A stretch of 63,990 nucleotides of DNA, counting the filler, from Trypethelium eluteriae (Eukaryota), in assembly GCA_051942245.1 (NCBI GenBank). It is 3 parts of 3 records of this genome, joined end to end, with 100 filler letters (N's around TTAATTAATTAA, not from the genome) between each part and the next. Parts side by side here need not be neighbours in the genome. Positions count along the whole stretch, not along the records: positions 44,215 to 63,990 come from JAVECL010000516.1; 2 more parts are not named here. One strand, given 5' to 3'. Positions 49,624-62,884 of this stretch are shown piece after piece (positions within the stretch are counted from its first letter, which is position 1; each line of letters starts with the position of its first letter). The translations under genes and the position numbers were made by a program. The notes under the pieces were generated by a model, which saw only the letters and a list, made by a program, of their open reading frames with translations, ran no database searches and was not told the origin of the DNA.

Positions 49624-52600
49624 TCACAATTGCAGCCTCCAAGTAACGACCTCAAACGCCCTGACTTGAACCTCGATACTCTTGTCCTTCGTTGGCACTT
49701 CCACCTCATCGTCTTCCAACAAGTTAGTCCTCCACACCTTCCTCACTGGGAGCGCACCCCAGCTTAGTGAGCCCCTCGTCCACGCCCCTAGAGCATCATA
49801 CACCCTCACCACCACGCTCCTTCCCTCTCTGACGGGAAGCCCTTCCCGCCGACTCACATCCTCATCATCCTCTCCCCTCTTCACCCAATCCAGCACCAGG
49901 CCTCCGCTCCGGCTCTCCACCGTCAGACTCCGCAACAGCACACCCACCTCTCCGAGCTCTTTGTCCTTCCCAGCAAACCGCCTGATCCTCACCGGATAAT
50001 TGAACTCAAACCCAGCCCTCACGCTCTCCTGTCCAACGGGGCCCTGATGCGGCAGCAATCCCCACTTCATCACATGGCGGCCCATATCCGCATGCGCATC
50101 CGGGGCCTTCGGCGCCCGTAGCAGACTCAAGCGCATTGTGCTGCCCTGCGTCGCAAACCCATACTTGGAATCATTGAGGATGGAGAGGCCGTAATTGGCA
50201 TCGCTCAGGTCGGCAAACCGATGGCAGCAGACCTCGAACTTGGCCATGTCCCAGGAGGTGTTGTAGTGGGTGGGCCGGCGGACGAGCCCGTACTGCGTCT
50301 CGTACGTGGCGTCGGTGTTGTGGATCGTGGTCGGGAACTCGACCTTCAGGAACTTCATCGTCTCGTGCCACTCGGCCTCTGCGGACACCGTGATCGTGTG
50401 TGACGCTGATGCTAGCGGACAAGGGTCCACGGTAGAAGTGGACGAGGTTGTCGTCGAGTCGCGGGTACGGACGGAAGGTTCGAGGGCGTCGAGGGAGATT
50501 GTGGTGCGGATCCAGCTCTTCTCGCTGATCTTGGTCGTCGTTGCGACGGCGACGCGGTTGGGCCCAGATTCGACGATCTTGCTTTCGCCGCCCTGGAGCT
50601 CGGTGCGGGAGCGGAGGTGGTACACCTCGACGTCCCAGGCTTGCCAGTATAGGGGCTTGTCATCGTAGAGGACCAGTTGATTGGCTTTCGAGCCGGGTGG
50701 GACAAGTTGGCGGCGTTCGTAGAGGTCGTAGAGGGAGGTGATGGCACCAGCAACGACTTCGAGACGGAAGCGGGCGTTGGAGAGGACGAAGATGCCTGGC
50801 TTCGTCTCTTTGACGCAAGCAAGCGAATTCCCGGTGAGTTGAGATTCCAAGGGCTCAACGTAGGCGAGACCTGTAGAACCGACGACTAGGCCGTGCGTGG
50901 AATCTTCTACGGGCGAGGTAAACTCTTCGATTGATTTGCGACTCCATGGCAGGGTATTCAGTCCAGTAAGACGGCCTTCTGAGCTGTTGATGTCAACGAA
51001 TCCAAGGGCAGTGAGAGCATCCTTGAGTAGCTTCTTCCCTGTGTCGAAGACTTTCGCATACAACTGGATACAGGGTCAACATCTTTAGGGACAATTGATA
51101 AAGTAACGTAACCTACCTCATCTGAGTCATCATAGCACATTTCGATGGCGCTACCAGGCAGGCAGTCATGAAACTGACACAGTAGCACAGCTTCCCACAT
51201 ATCGTCCAAATCCTTCTTCGGATAGCTATAGCCAGACTTTTCACCTTTTATCGTATCCTTTAAAGTAGCCATCGTCGCAAAGTACTCGATATCGTGCAGT
51301 AAGATTTCGGCCTTTCGATTATTCCATTTGTTATTGGCCTGAGTAGTGTAGGTCCCACGATGCAATTCGAAATAGAGCTCGCCGTACCATGTTACGAATT
51401 CGGTTCCATTTTCAGCTTTCTTTTCTAATCTTGCGAAGAAGTCATCAACCGAGTCGCCCATTTTGACGCGCGGCAACAATCCGACTTGATCACTTATTCC
51501 ACGACAACGCCGGAGCTTTTCAATATGCTCCCATGTAGGGCCGCCTCCTCCGTCACCTTTGCCAAAGACAAGGAGGGAAGTAGCATCCTGATCCATTGAC
51601 TTGTGTTGAGTAACACTGCGCTTGACATCTCCAAAATGCGCTTCGGCAGTGTAAGTGTTGTCTGGAGCCATGTGGCATATGACCTGGCTGCCATCTAAAG
51701 CGACCCAGTTGAAAGTCGTATGCGGGAAGTTGTTGATATTGTTCCAGCTCAACTTCTGGGTGAAAAACCTGCTCATACCAGCAAGACGGCAGAGCTGAGG
51801 AAGCTGAGTCGAATATCCAAAAGTGTCTGGAAGCCAAAAGGTCTTGCATCTTTGACCAAAGCGGCTTTCAAAGAAGCGTTGTCCATACAAGAACTGACGA
51901 GTGAGCGATTCACCGCTCGGCATGTTGGTGTCGTGCTCAACCCAACTCCCTCCAATTGGCTGAAAGGTACCTTGCTTTACCTTTTCCTTCACTCGGTCAT
52001 AAACGGATGGATAAAGTTGTTCGAGCCACTTGTATTGCTGAGCTTGAGAGCAACAGAAACGATGCTCGGGATATCTGTCCATGAGGTCGCACTGGTTTGA
52101 CCAAGACCGAGCAATCTTGCGCTTTGTTTCGGCCCATGGCCAAAGCCAGCACGTATCAATGTGGCAGTGACCAATCGCACTCACGATCGCCTCGTAATCG
52201 GTATCGTAGACTTTGCTAGAGTCGACCTTGGTCCCGATGTACTTTTGCGCCAACTTTCGGCCTTCACGTATGGATTCTTGACTACCATTTCCCTCGATGA
52301 AGATGTCCATGATGGAATTGCAGACCTGTAATGCTTCATGTTCCTCCCAAGAGTCCTCCGGGAACTCCCTAGCTGCATCTCCGATGATCCAGAAATCGAT
52401 ATAGAGCGCTCGAGCTTCCAGATCCACACTCACAATGTCCGCAGTATGCAACGTGAAGTACTTGTCCGGCTTCGGCGGCTGGATGCTGTCACCTCCTGGA
52501 GCGTTACCAAACATACCGTTGCACGCCATTTCCACGTAGAAGATATGCTCTTTCCCGTCCCGCCATTTTTCTGGTAATATCCACTCTACCCGCTCTCCCC

Positions 52601-53114
52601 CGCCCGTCAATCCATGTACAGGTGTCCCATCCTCCAGCCAGATGAGTCCCTCGTTGTTGGCATCCCAATGGAACTCGAGATGTCCATCGGACTTTATTGA
52701 CGTAGGGATGGTGAGATGAATGCGGAACCAGTGAGTTGACCAAGAAGGGCCAAAGCTGTCTCCAAGACTTGCTGGAGAGAACTCATGGGACGTGGCTTCC
52801 TCGAAGGTTGGGCGTTCTAGGTGCGGCGGAGAGTAAACGGAGAGCTTGACATGAGTGGAATCATGGATGCGCGCATGATAGAACTTTCTAGAATGAAGTC
52901 AGCTCAAGACTCGGGCGATAGATATGCTCGAGAGCATTCAAATCTTCATGAACACGCACGCTCGCAGGGATTGTTGCCTGTATTGTCCGTTGTCCGTGAA
53001 TTGTCGCAGACGATCGCGATAGATATTATGGATTTGCTTGCCCACAGGGCCTCGTGCAAGCTTTGGATAGCTTGCACTACCAGGAGACGGGATCATCTGC
53101 GTTTCTCCGCCCAT
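49624..53114 (-). CDS. AMS1: GH38 cytosolic/vacuolar alpha-mannosidase
   Basis: GHCHIDTCWLWP, WLPDTFGYS, ELHRGTYT, QFHDCLPGS; introns 52888-52959 and 51064-51116; start MGGETQ at 53114. Confidence 0.95.
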
Positions 53115-53294
53115 AATGCATGCAATTGGAGTAGAAACGACGAAAGCAAGCAGGCAACGAGCTATGGGAGCTGATGGCGTACCTGACAGACTCGTGCAGG
53201 GATCATGAAGCAGCTCCGGTCACCCCGCAACGTCACTACTGCTCCAGATCAATCTATTCGCTCCATCAGCTCTTCCAACGGCACGTAGTCTCAA

Positions 53295-55091
53295 ATGGCT
53301 GGGAATCCTACCTTGTTCCAGGCTTTCGAATGGAATGTACCGGCCGATGAACATCACTGGCAGCGACTCCGCAACATACTGCCTCAACTGAAGGCAATTG
53401 GTATCGACAACCTCTGGCTACCCCCGGCCTGCAAGGGCAACAATTTCAAGGGTAACGGGTACGATATTTACGATCTATATGATCTCGGAGAATTCCATCA
53501 AAAGGGAAGTCGAAATACCAAATGGGGTTCGAAGGAAGATCTCATCGCCTTGGCAGCGGAGGCACGAGCCCTTGCCATTGGCCTTTACTTCGATGCTGTA
53601 CTCAATCATCGGTGTGGCGGAGATGCAACGCAGCGCGTGAAAGTGGTGCAAGTTGACGATAGAGGTACAGAGCTTGGACCACTGGCACAGTATGAGGCCT
53701 ATGACAGTCGTAAACTAATTTACAATGGTGCCAAGTAAGATCGTAGGAGAAACATCACAAAACCGTACGACATCGAAGCATGGCTTGCGTTCTTCTTCCC
53801 AGGCCGGCAAGGCAAGTACAGCGCTTTCAGATACAACTGGTCCCATTTCAATGCCAGTGACTACGACAACGCTACGGGAAAGAAGGCAATCTTCAAAATT
53901 GTAGCTGATGGTAAAGATTGGCAAAAGGATGTGGATAAAGCTTCACACGGGAATTACGATTATCTCTTGCTGAACAACCTTGACTACAGTAATGGAAATT
54001 TGAGAGAAGAAGTGAAAAGATGGGGTCAATGGGTTGTCCAAGAGCTTGGACTTTCTGGATTTCGCTTGGATGCCGTCAAACATTTCTCCCAAGGGTTCGT
54101 CAATGAGTGGGTCAATGCAGTCAACGCCGGCTCCCAAAAGGACCTGTTCTACGTCGGCGAGCATTGGACAGATAACACCAAATCGCTAGTTCGATGGTTG
54201 GCATCTGCCCCCCCGAATTTTCACCTCTTCGATGCACCTTTGCTGTATAACTTAGCCAGGACTTCCTGGGCCAAAGATCCAGATTTAAGGCAGATCTTCC
54301 AAGGTACGCTTGTGGAGGCACGACCGAACAACGCTATAACGCTCGTCATGAACCATGACACTCAGTAAGTCTATCTCGAGGGTAGCCGATTATTTCTTCG
54401 AGTTTTATGTGAGGCTTATACCATCGCAAGACGAGGTCAGACAATGGAGACTCTTGTAAAGCCCACGTTTATGGCACTAGCCTACGCGCTTGTTCTCCTA
54501 CGTAGAGATGGATACCCATGCATATTCTACGGTGACCTGTACGGACTGTGCGACCCTCACCCAAGTCCACCGACGTGCTGGGGAAAGCTTCCAGACCTCG
54601 TTCTTGCTCGGAGGCTGTACGCGTATGGTACGCAAACGGACTACTTTGAAAGCAAGAATTGCATTGGCTGGGTCCGTAGTGGTGCATCGGAAGGGTCGAA
54701 GCAATCGGGTCTTGCCATTGTAATGAGTTGGCAGCAAAAACATCCTCCAAGTGGAAAGGGAGTAGCTGCTATGGATAGAATACGGCAAGCTTTCCAGAAA
54801 TCTAATCAAGCAGAGCCTCCTTCGAGAGATATGAAGACATCCAATGCTACGATATCACAGCAGCCTAAGCCTCCTTCTCCGCGAATTCGGATGAGAGTTG
54901 GCCATGAGCATGCCGGTCAGACATGGCGAGACTTGCTTGGGTGGGAATGGGCTGATGTAATCATTGACTCCGAGGGGTTTGGAGTTTTTCCCTGTCAGCC
55001 AAATTCACTTGCCGTCTTCACAGCTACAGACGCAGAAGGCAGGGAGAAATTTCCTGTAAATTTCAGTCACAACATCTACGAGAAAGCTTAG
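53295..55091 (+). CDS. Intracellular GH13_5-type alpha-amylase
   Basis: TLFQAFEW, GYDIYDLYDLGEF, DAVLNH, catalytic FRLDAVKH / VGEHW / NHDTQ; no signal peptide; introns 53665-53739 and 54365-54430. Confidence 0.92.
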
Positions 55092-55205
55092 ATAGTAAGG
55101 ATCATAGTATGGTCAGGTGAAAGAGCTAAAATTCATCCAAGAGACACAACAGCACATAAGCTGTCTCATCTCTCTCAGTTTTAGGGAAATTTCCCTCTGC
55201 TAACT

Positions 55206-57262
55206 TCATGGCCTTGCGAGCATTATCGCTTCAATAAGTGCCCCTTTACCTTCCTCTAGAGCCTTTTCCGCGCTCCAAAGCGCCTGTCTAAATTCTTCGA
55301 CAGTCTTTGGCCTTGCAGTAAGAAGGCCTCCGCAACCATCCGCCGCTGCCGCTGCCAAAGCTGCGTAATTTGGGGTGGGTTGGATAGAGATATTTATATC
55401 ATCGTTCTTGGCTTGAGCAGCAAGACCGTCAGGATAAACAAGCTCTGCCGAGGCTCTCGGGGCATTCCATCCACCGTTATTGAGGACGATAGTCAAGACT
55501 GGAATCTGATATTTGGCTGCTACCCATGCAGCACTGGCGGGAGCGCTACACAAGAAGGAGCCGTCACCTACCACTTGGCATACGATCTTCGGAATGATAT
55601 CATAACCTTCGGGATGGGTATTGAGAGCCAGGCGGACGCCAAGGGCAGCACCATTACTCCAGCCGATGCCGGTTCCACCGCAATTCAGCCAGCTACCAGG
55701 AATGGAGGACATGATTTGATCGGAGAGAGATTGCGAACAGGTAACGGCTTCGACGACATATACTGTTTCGCGAGGCAGGGTCTGCCTTAAGAGAGCGCCG
55801 ATATTGTGAATGTCTAATGTGCTGTCACCTTTTATGTTAACGAGTCGCTCGAAAGACTCGACTCGACTTCGATGCACACGGGCTAAATTGTCCCAGCGGC
55901 TTTTATATTTGGGTTCCTGTAGGGTCTGTTGGAGAGCGTCGTTCTCAGCTAAGTGGGCGTTGATTTGTCTCAAAGCGGTGCAGCAGTCCGCCTTCCAGCG
56001 GCCATGCGCAGCGAAGAAAGATACCGGCATCATGTAATTGAGCGGGTCGACGTCGACATGATAGATGAACGCAGTCTTTGGCGGTGGATTACGAGAGGGT
56101 ATCCAAGGTACGTCGCAGTCTAGAAGTAGGAGGACATCTGCATCCTTGGTGCACTCGTCGAGCGCCAGTCGAAAACCTTGCGATGCACGATGGGTCATTG
56201 GGAAGCACATATCGCTTCCGCCCGTGTCGTACACACGAAGCCCAGGAATCCTATCCGCCAAACCCACTAGTTCTCTCGGGCAAGCTCGGTTGCGCCCAGA
56301 GTAGCCAGTGACTACCAAAGGTCGCTCAGCGTTGACCAAAGCTTCGGATAGAGTCGCGACGGCCTGCGCAGGCAATGCGGAGGGTCCGATAGGCTTCCAT
56401 TGTTCCTGGGAAAGAGAGTAAGGCTCAATCTCTTCGGCGAGGGTTTCTCGAGCACTGGCAAGATAAACCGGACCTTTGGGATCGCTCTCAGCAAATTGGA
56501 GAGCCCGTCCGACGGACTGCTTCACGTTCAGTCCCGTGCGCACGTCACCGGTGTAGCGACAGTATTGACGGACGATTGCTTTCTGGTCCGGTGCATCCTG
56601 AAGCCAGTGCATGTACTCAGTGCGCGACCCGGTCAACTCGCCCTGTTCAGTGAAAGGGGTAAGACCAGCGAATACAAAGACTGGAGATCGTCCAACGCAT
56701 GCGTTGTGGATCCCATGAGCTAGCGCCTGGGTTCCGACGTCGACATGAGCGATGACTGCTTGCGGGCGACCTGTGACTCGAGCAAACCCATCTGCCATGG
56801 AAATGGCAGTTATCTATCAGCATGAATATCAGCACGGCAGCAACGGTGAAGAGCAAAATGCTTTGGTCTGTCTGGACGACCCTACCTCGCTCGGGCAGGT
56901 GTAGATTGTAGGGAAGCGACCCGGGCGCTCTTGCTTGCCTTTGGCAATTGCTTCTATGATGCTTGCATGGTCCGCGCCAAGGTTGACAAAGCATGCCTTT
57001 ACTCCGGCCTTGATCATATAGAATTAGAGCTAATAATCATTGGGTGAAGCTGTGACCGTTGTACCTCCCAGAGCGCCTCGAAAAGGGCAAAAGCGGTCGT
57101 GTATCTGCCGATGTGATTAGTTCAATTGAATAGAGGATCCCAAGTGTCATAGCAACATTCTGACCCTGGAATCTTTTTGATTCTATCATCGGCGTTCGAC
57201 GAGATGCTGGATGTTGTTGTTGCTGAGAATCGTGTAGCTCGTAGAGAGTATCCGGAGAACAT
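55206..57262 (-). CDS. Thiamine-diphosphate enzyme (acetolactate synthase/benzoylformate decarboxylase-like)
   Basis: YTTAFALFEALWE|AGVKACFVNLGADH, CPSE|, AHVDVGTQ, GDGSF...NN ThDP motif; several introns; 5' exon and start uncertain. Confidence 0.85.
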
Positions 57263-57784
57263 CCCTCGCAAAGCAGCGTGAGAAAGACATGGTGCAAAGT
57301 TCCTATGAAGGCGAAGCCTACATAAGGATGAATTGAAGGCTATACGAAATAAACCGAAAGCGTGTCCCTGCATCGTGCACTAAATATGCCGAAAACATGT
57401 ACTAGTCAACTTTCGACGATGTATTTATGAGAGACAAAGTTGAAGAGAAATGACCACCTCTACTGTGGAGCGAGCAATGCTTGCGCGATATAGCATGCCG
57501 TGACCAGCGCAGGTGACAGACCTGATTCCTTTGTACCGTGCCGTGCGTGCCTGCGTACGGTATTTCAGCGGTCCCCGAACTACTATTTTCGAGGTTACTG
57601 CAAAGCATCGAAAAACCGCCGTCGTCCAGACAATGGTGGCTGAAGTGCAGTGCTGCGAATCTGCCGTCGGCCCCGCAGTCATCTTGCATGAGCATAATAA
57701 TACCTACATAATCTGCTAGTAATACCTTTAGGCTCTTGGCAACACCAAATCGGCTGTCCTCGAATCCTTGCAACACGGAAAACC

Positions 57785-59599
57785 ATGTCCGACGATAGCT
57801 ACAACAACCATCGCAGTCGTAATCGCTCGCGTAGCCGCGATAGAAGGCGCCACTCAACCAAACGACGATCACATCATTATTCATATGAGTATGGACGCCC
57901 CATCGATATCCGAGTTGGCAGTCGCCGCACGCCCGGTCGTTACCTCGAGCTGCGAGCAACAGGACCTCGCGACGTGCCCAGATTTGAGGACGTCATTGAG
58001 CAGACGCGAAGACTCAATCCGAATGACCCTATACTACTGTAAGCTTAAATAGACATGCTCGAATGTTGCAGCGATTGATGTCTCTGGTGTAGAGCGATCA
58101 ATGGATATCAAGACTGGTTAGAAGAGCTTCTCAGCTCTTGTTTTGCCCACGAAGGATCGGATGAAGACCGTGCAGAGTTGACCAGGGCCATCTATCAAAC
58201 GGATGAGCTTTGGTTTCCGGAGCGAAGCAATAGAGATTCGAAATATGCCCCGTGGACCTTTATTGTTGATGAGATGAACCTTCCAGACGTCTTCTGGTGG
58301 TCGTTTGGCGATTATCCCCCTGAAACGGAACGTCTATCATCCGGTAGGTTTTCACTATTGAATTACTGTTCTATAAATCACAAACTTAACACCAGAGATA
58401 TATTTCTGGTGTCTGCAGTGCTCGCAGATATATTGAACAGCTAACGTGCACCTCACTCTTCTCTCTCCCCTCAATTGCCAAGCCCGATTTGTCGCACTGA
58501 AAAGTTTTGCATTATTAGTTCTCCGCCCGTGATTGTGGTGACACATATCTAACAGAGTAATCTAGTCGACTCTTATCGCTTACGCATTGGTGTATGGACG
58601 TGTCGTGAAGGTGCATTTGTGCATAATCGCCGAGTGCCCGTCACTATGCTCTTTACCCAACCTACTCGTGTCCAGGAAAATATTGCTAAATTTCTGGCTT
58701 TCCAGAAGCTGTATCAAGATCCAGAGTATGGAAATATACGATCAATAGAGGAAGGCGTGACCTGGGCTTTCTTGCGCCTTTTCACCATGCTCACTGACTG
58801 GCAAAATATTGTGAAGGAAATGGAAAAGCGCCTACAGGCAGCTGTAAGCCAACCTTCAACATACTATTTGATCGATTGTAAGAAGACTGACGTGTATTAG
58901 ACTGATGATTCTCAAGGGAGCCGCTTTCCCGTCAAATATCGAACCCGAACCATGCACAGGGAAGTCGACCGGATCTACGATCTCATGTCCTACCTGAACT
59001 TCCACCTCCGCTGCCTTAAAAAACTTAGCAAGCTTAAAGACGATGCGTGCAAGGACCTTCCCAAAGGCGAAGATCCGGACCCGGTCTGGGGCGAAGTGGA
59101 CAACGCATCCGAGGACCTCGACCAGGCCAAAGACGAACTCGATGCCCTCAAGGAGCGCTTTAACAATCTCATCGAGCTCGAGTTCAACATCGCCAACGCC
59201 ACCCAATCCGAAAATTCTCAATTCCTCTCCGTCATCGCCACCCTCTTCCTACCCATCTCATTCCTCGCTTCCATCTGGGGCATCACCACCATCACGCTCT
59301 CCCCACTCACCTACGTCTACGTCGCCGTTCCCGTGTTTCTTTGCAGCATTGCCTTCACCTTGTTCTTCACCTGGGCGGTGATGCGGGTCCAGAAACTCAT
59401 CTATCGTTCCCGCAAGGAGCGGCCGGATATTCAACCGAATGAGTTTACCATGTTGGGAGAGGAGATTCCGAATTCTGCGGCGCCAATGGGACTTTCAAGA
59501 AGCAGGGCGAGAGAGAGGTTTCAAGGAGAGAAGCAGGTCTTGCAGCCAGCTGGGACGCGGAATCGATCACGGAGTCGGTCGAGAAGGCCGTCGCGCTGA
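57785..59599 (+). CDS. CorA-like cation transporter family protein (multi-exon)
   Basis: Helical region followed by IATLFLPISFLASIWG and a second TM; RS-rich termini; several GT..AG introns, exact exons not all resolved. Confidence 0.7.
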
Positions 59600-59748
59600 G
59601 AGCTGACCTTTGCTCTGCCCCTAGCATATTTTCGCGTCCGATCTGGGGTCATTTGTTTGCGGATCTTGGGCCAATACTGGTCGTTCGCATGGCGGTACTA
59701 GCAGACTGGAATTCTTTGACTAATAAATGCTCGCTGAAAATGAACAAG

Positions 59749-62193
59749 TTATCTCAGAAGGACAGCGGTCTCGTCCACATGGCATTGGATGATTCTTGGG
59801 AGCAGCTTTCCTAACTGACGCGCACCCTGATGAACTTCAAGATCTTTAAGAGCGCATAGCAGGCAGCTCGTGGTCTCCTTGAGGTAACAGCCTCCGAAGC
59901 CCAGACTGAGAGCAATGTTTACTTTTAGTTCACTGTCGAGACCTTGAGTTACAAAGATCTGGGATTGCTTTTCGGAATTACAAAAGCCCCAGCCCGAGAG
60001 TAGATTTTCCAAAGTCCAGAGGTAAACTTCTTTCAAAATTTCATCATCAACGTATTGTCGATGCTCTTGTAGCCATTCGGCAGTATGTTTTCCACAATCA
60101 CTCACAGTAGCCAAACGTGTACAGCAAAGTCTCTCGGTAATAGCCCGAGTGGGGTCGACGAGTTTTTGAGAAGATCCAACACTCACGACAGTGACAAGAA
60201 GGCTCTCATTCGGCTTTGCTGAGACTAAAGTCGCGTGCTGTAGCTTGACAGAACTTGGCTCTGCTTCTGACAGCGCTTGCAGCCATTGTCTATAGTCTTC
60301 ATATGACTGACAACGCTGTCCTTTGTCTAAATCAGAAAAGTTTTCACTAAATCCCATCAAAGACCCGAAAGTCTCTACTCGGATAAAAGCGCACTCGTCT
60401 TGCACGCCCGGAATCTGGCCTTCAGCGATTTCGATTCCGAAGCATTCTTCAAGACTCGTTCTCCGGTTCATATCTAGCCATTTTGAAACAGCTACATTAG
60501 ACCCATGTTGAATAGCAACAAGGCCCGCACCCCAAACATCTGGGGTCTGCGCCGTTGCCTCGGCAGTTCTTGGGGAGAATCCAAGAGCGGTGGATGCTGC
60601 TATGTCAAACCATTCGTGCCAATATATGTCGCCCTGCACCAAGCGGCCTAAGAGGCTGCCAAGAGCTCTAGTGTAGTCGGATAAGGGACAAAGACTAGAC
60701 ACGTCCTGAACCCCAAACCCATCAGCGATGGAATTTCCGAATAGCACGAATAGATGACTCAATACTGCCCAACGAATACATCCCTCTTTACATTCATCTA
60801 TGGAGCCCTTGATTCGACAGGTTCGGCACTTGCAGCGATTAGAAACCTCATCCAGCAGGTCCATCGGTGGCGGAAAGCATTCGCAGGTCAAATTGAGTGG
60901 TGGTAGACTCGAGAGCTCACTTCCGTAATCTCGTCTATTGTACTGTTCAGAATCAAGTGGTAGAAACGAAATTGGGGTAAGATCGCCGAGATTTTTACCA
61001 GAGGAATCATGCAGGATTTTCGGCCATCGTCTGAGAATGTCTCCAATGCGAGCATTAATGCTTGAGGAATTGGTGGGAATATACGTTTCGAAGTTGAGAA
61101 ACCCATTGCGCAAGCTTCGGATAGGAATGTCTAACATCCACAGAACTAGTCGTTGCGCCAATACTCGAACCTCGTATCTCTCTTCTCTGTTCAAGGTTCT
61201 GTGCAACTTATCCTCAGGATGATCGGAAGCGTATAACGGCAGACGGTGCCCTGTTGAATAGCCGTTATAAGCTTCTGCATGCCCCTGCCGAAGCCGGGTG
61301 TAGGTATCGCCACGAAGCTCCAGAAGCTCGACGCAGCTCTTTGTATTGCCAGGAGAGGTGTGCGGTTCGGAACAAGTCTTTTCGATCATCATGCTCAGGT
61401 TTCGTTTGCCACGCGAACCGGCTCGTTCAAAGATCTGCGTACCAGACAGCGACACTTTGACATTGCCTTCGAAATGTGCGAGAATCCAGAGTAACAGGTC
61501 AGCTTGAAACCTCTCACAAAGCAGTAGACAGTCTGAAGTTGACTGGACCAGCTTTACTACAATACCCGCATACGTCTTTGCATCTACAACGTGAACGCAA
61601 AGATCTTTCAGCTCTGCTGGGAGATCACCAAGCGTGTGGCCTGCATTAATTACATTAAGGGAGACACTCTCGACGACCTTCGATAGCACACCAAGTAAAC
61701 GATTGTGCTTAACCCAATAAAGCTGTGATTGCTCTGGTTTTCCCTGTGGCCCCATCTCTGCTTGTTCAATCATCTCGCAAAGTAGAAATGTTGCAAACCT
61801 CATGTCTTTGTGTTTGGTTGCAGCTGCCACGGTCGTCACTATGTACGCGTGGTCCTCGCTGAATGCCATGGCGCGTCCAACCGCGCCAGAGGCAATAAGA
61901 TTAAGGCCGCCAACCTGGGTAATTTTTTGGTTACTCTTCGAAATGTCCTGGCGGATTGTTAATCCTCTGTCGTTCGGGTACGCTACACCGCTTGATCGCT
62001 CTAAGCAATAAGTGAAATCAGACTGATTGATCCCCTCTCTACCTATCCAATTCACTAGACTTTGAGACATTTTGACCACCGGATTTGTGGAGTTGACCAG
62101 GTCCAAGGCTGATTTTGTTAGCCCTACCCAATCTGAGGCCGAGGCCGATTGGTCAACTTGAATGAGGCCAGCCGGAGTTTCATTTTCTGCCAT
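59749..62193 (-). CDS. Large single-exon fungal hypothetical protein (814 aa)
   Basis: 2.4-kb uninterrupted ORF with GCCATGG start; no recognised domain. Confidence 0.75.
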   Translation of the reverse strand: MAENETPAGLIQVDQSASASDWVGLTKSALDLVNSTNPVVKMSQSLVNWIGREGINQSDFTYCLERSSGVAYPNDRGLTIRQDISKSNQKITQVGGLNLIASGAVGRAMAFSEDHAYIVTTVAAATKHKDMRFATFLLCEMIEQAEMGPQGKPEQSQLYWVKHNRLLGVLSKVVESVSLNVINAGHTLGDLPAELKDLCVHVVDAKTYAGIVVKLVQSTSDCLLLCERFQADLLLWILAHFEGNVKVSLSGTQIFERAGSRGKRNLSMMIEKTCSEPHTSPGNTKSCVELLELRGDTYTRLRQGHAEAYNGYSTGHRLPLYASDHPEDKLHRTLNREERYEVRVLAQRLVLWMLDIPIRSLRNGFLNFETYIPTNSSSINARIGDILRRWPKILHDSSGKNLGDLTPISFLPLDSEQYNRRDYGSELSSLPPLNLTCECFPPPMDLLDEVSNRCKCRTCRIKGSIDECKEGCIRWAVLSHLFVLFGNSIADGFGVQDVSSLCPLSDYTRALGSLLGRLVQGDIYWHEWFDIAASTALGFSPRTAEATAQTPDVWGAGLVAIQHGSNVAVSKWLDMNRRTSLEECFGIEIAEGQIPGVQDECAFIRVETFGSLMGFSENFSDLDKGQRCQSYEDYRQWLQALSEAEPSSVKLQHATLVSAKPNESLLVTVVSVGSSQKLVDPTRAITERLCCTRLATVSDCGKHTAEWLQEHRQYVDDEILKEVYLWTLENLLSGWGFCNSEKQSQIFVTQGLDSELKVNIALSLGFGGCYLKETTSCLLCALKDLEVHQGARQLGKLLPRIIQCHVDETAVLLR

Positions 62194-62884
62194 GGCGGAA
62201 GGGACGGATCGAGTTCTTGAAAATATATGAAGGTGAGAGACGAAAGATTAGAATTTGGATTCAGAAAAGAATGCAAGGCTAAGTAGGTATGGAGCTGATA
62301 GATTGATGCCTACGAATAAGAATTCGCACCAACTGCCTGCCTAGCCATGACCTCAGCCCCGTCCAATCATCAACACTACTCACTCGAATAAAATGAACGC
62401 TTGGAGTAGCGATTGAAGACATATTTATTACTACTTCTGAGGTAGCAGGAGAAGCATCGAAAGAATTTAGAGCGATTGGTGTTATTACGCAGTGCACTCT
62501 GGGGATTATTTCCGGGATGGGAAAGCGCACTCCAGCAGATCCAGTTTCAAACGCTAGCCCCACCTAAGTAACACTGAGCTCTCGTGAAATTGTGGTCTGC
62601 ACTGTTTTCTGCCTTTTCAAACACTTTCTAACGGGTTTGAGGGAGGAGCGATCGCGCCGTGCTGCTGGGGCCGCTCCTTCATCTCCAGTGTGGCCTTCTT
62701 TGCAGGCTTGGGAAATTGGGAATTTCTTCACGGCGGACCTACGTATCAGATGGAACAATATTTGAGGAACTAGATGAAAATGCACCCACGAACAGAAATC
62801 CATGAAAAGGAGACCTAGTATGCAGCAACCAACACCAGTCAGTAAAAGACAGCCCATGAGCCTCTCAAATCCCCTCTATCCAAT

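Noticed and set aside
47386..57262. ARO8 plus ThDP enzyme as an Ehrlich/auxin pathway cluster
   Set aside because: Separated by unrelated glycosidases; the ThDP enzyme does not look like Aro10/Pdc; no further support
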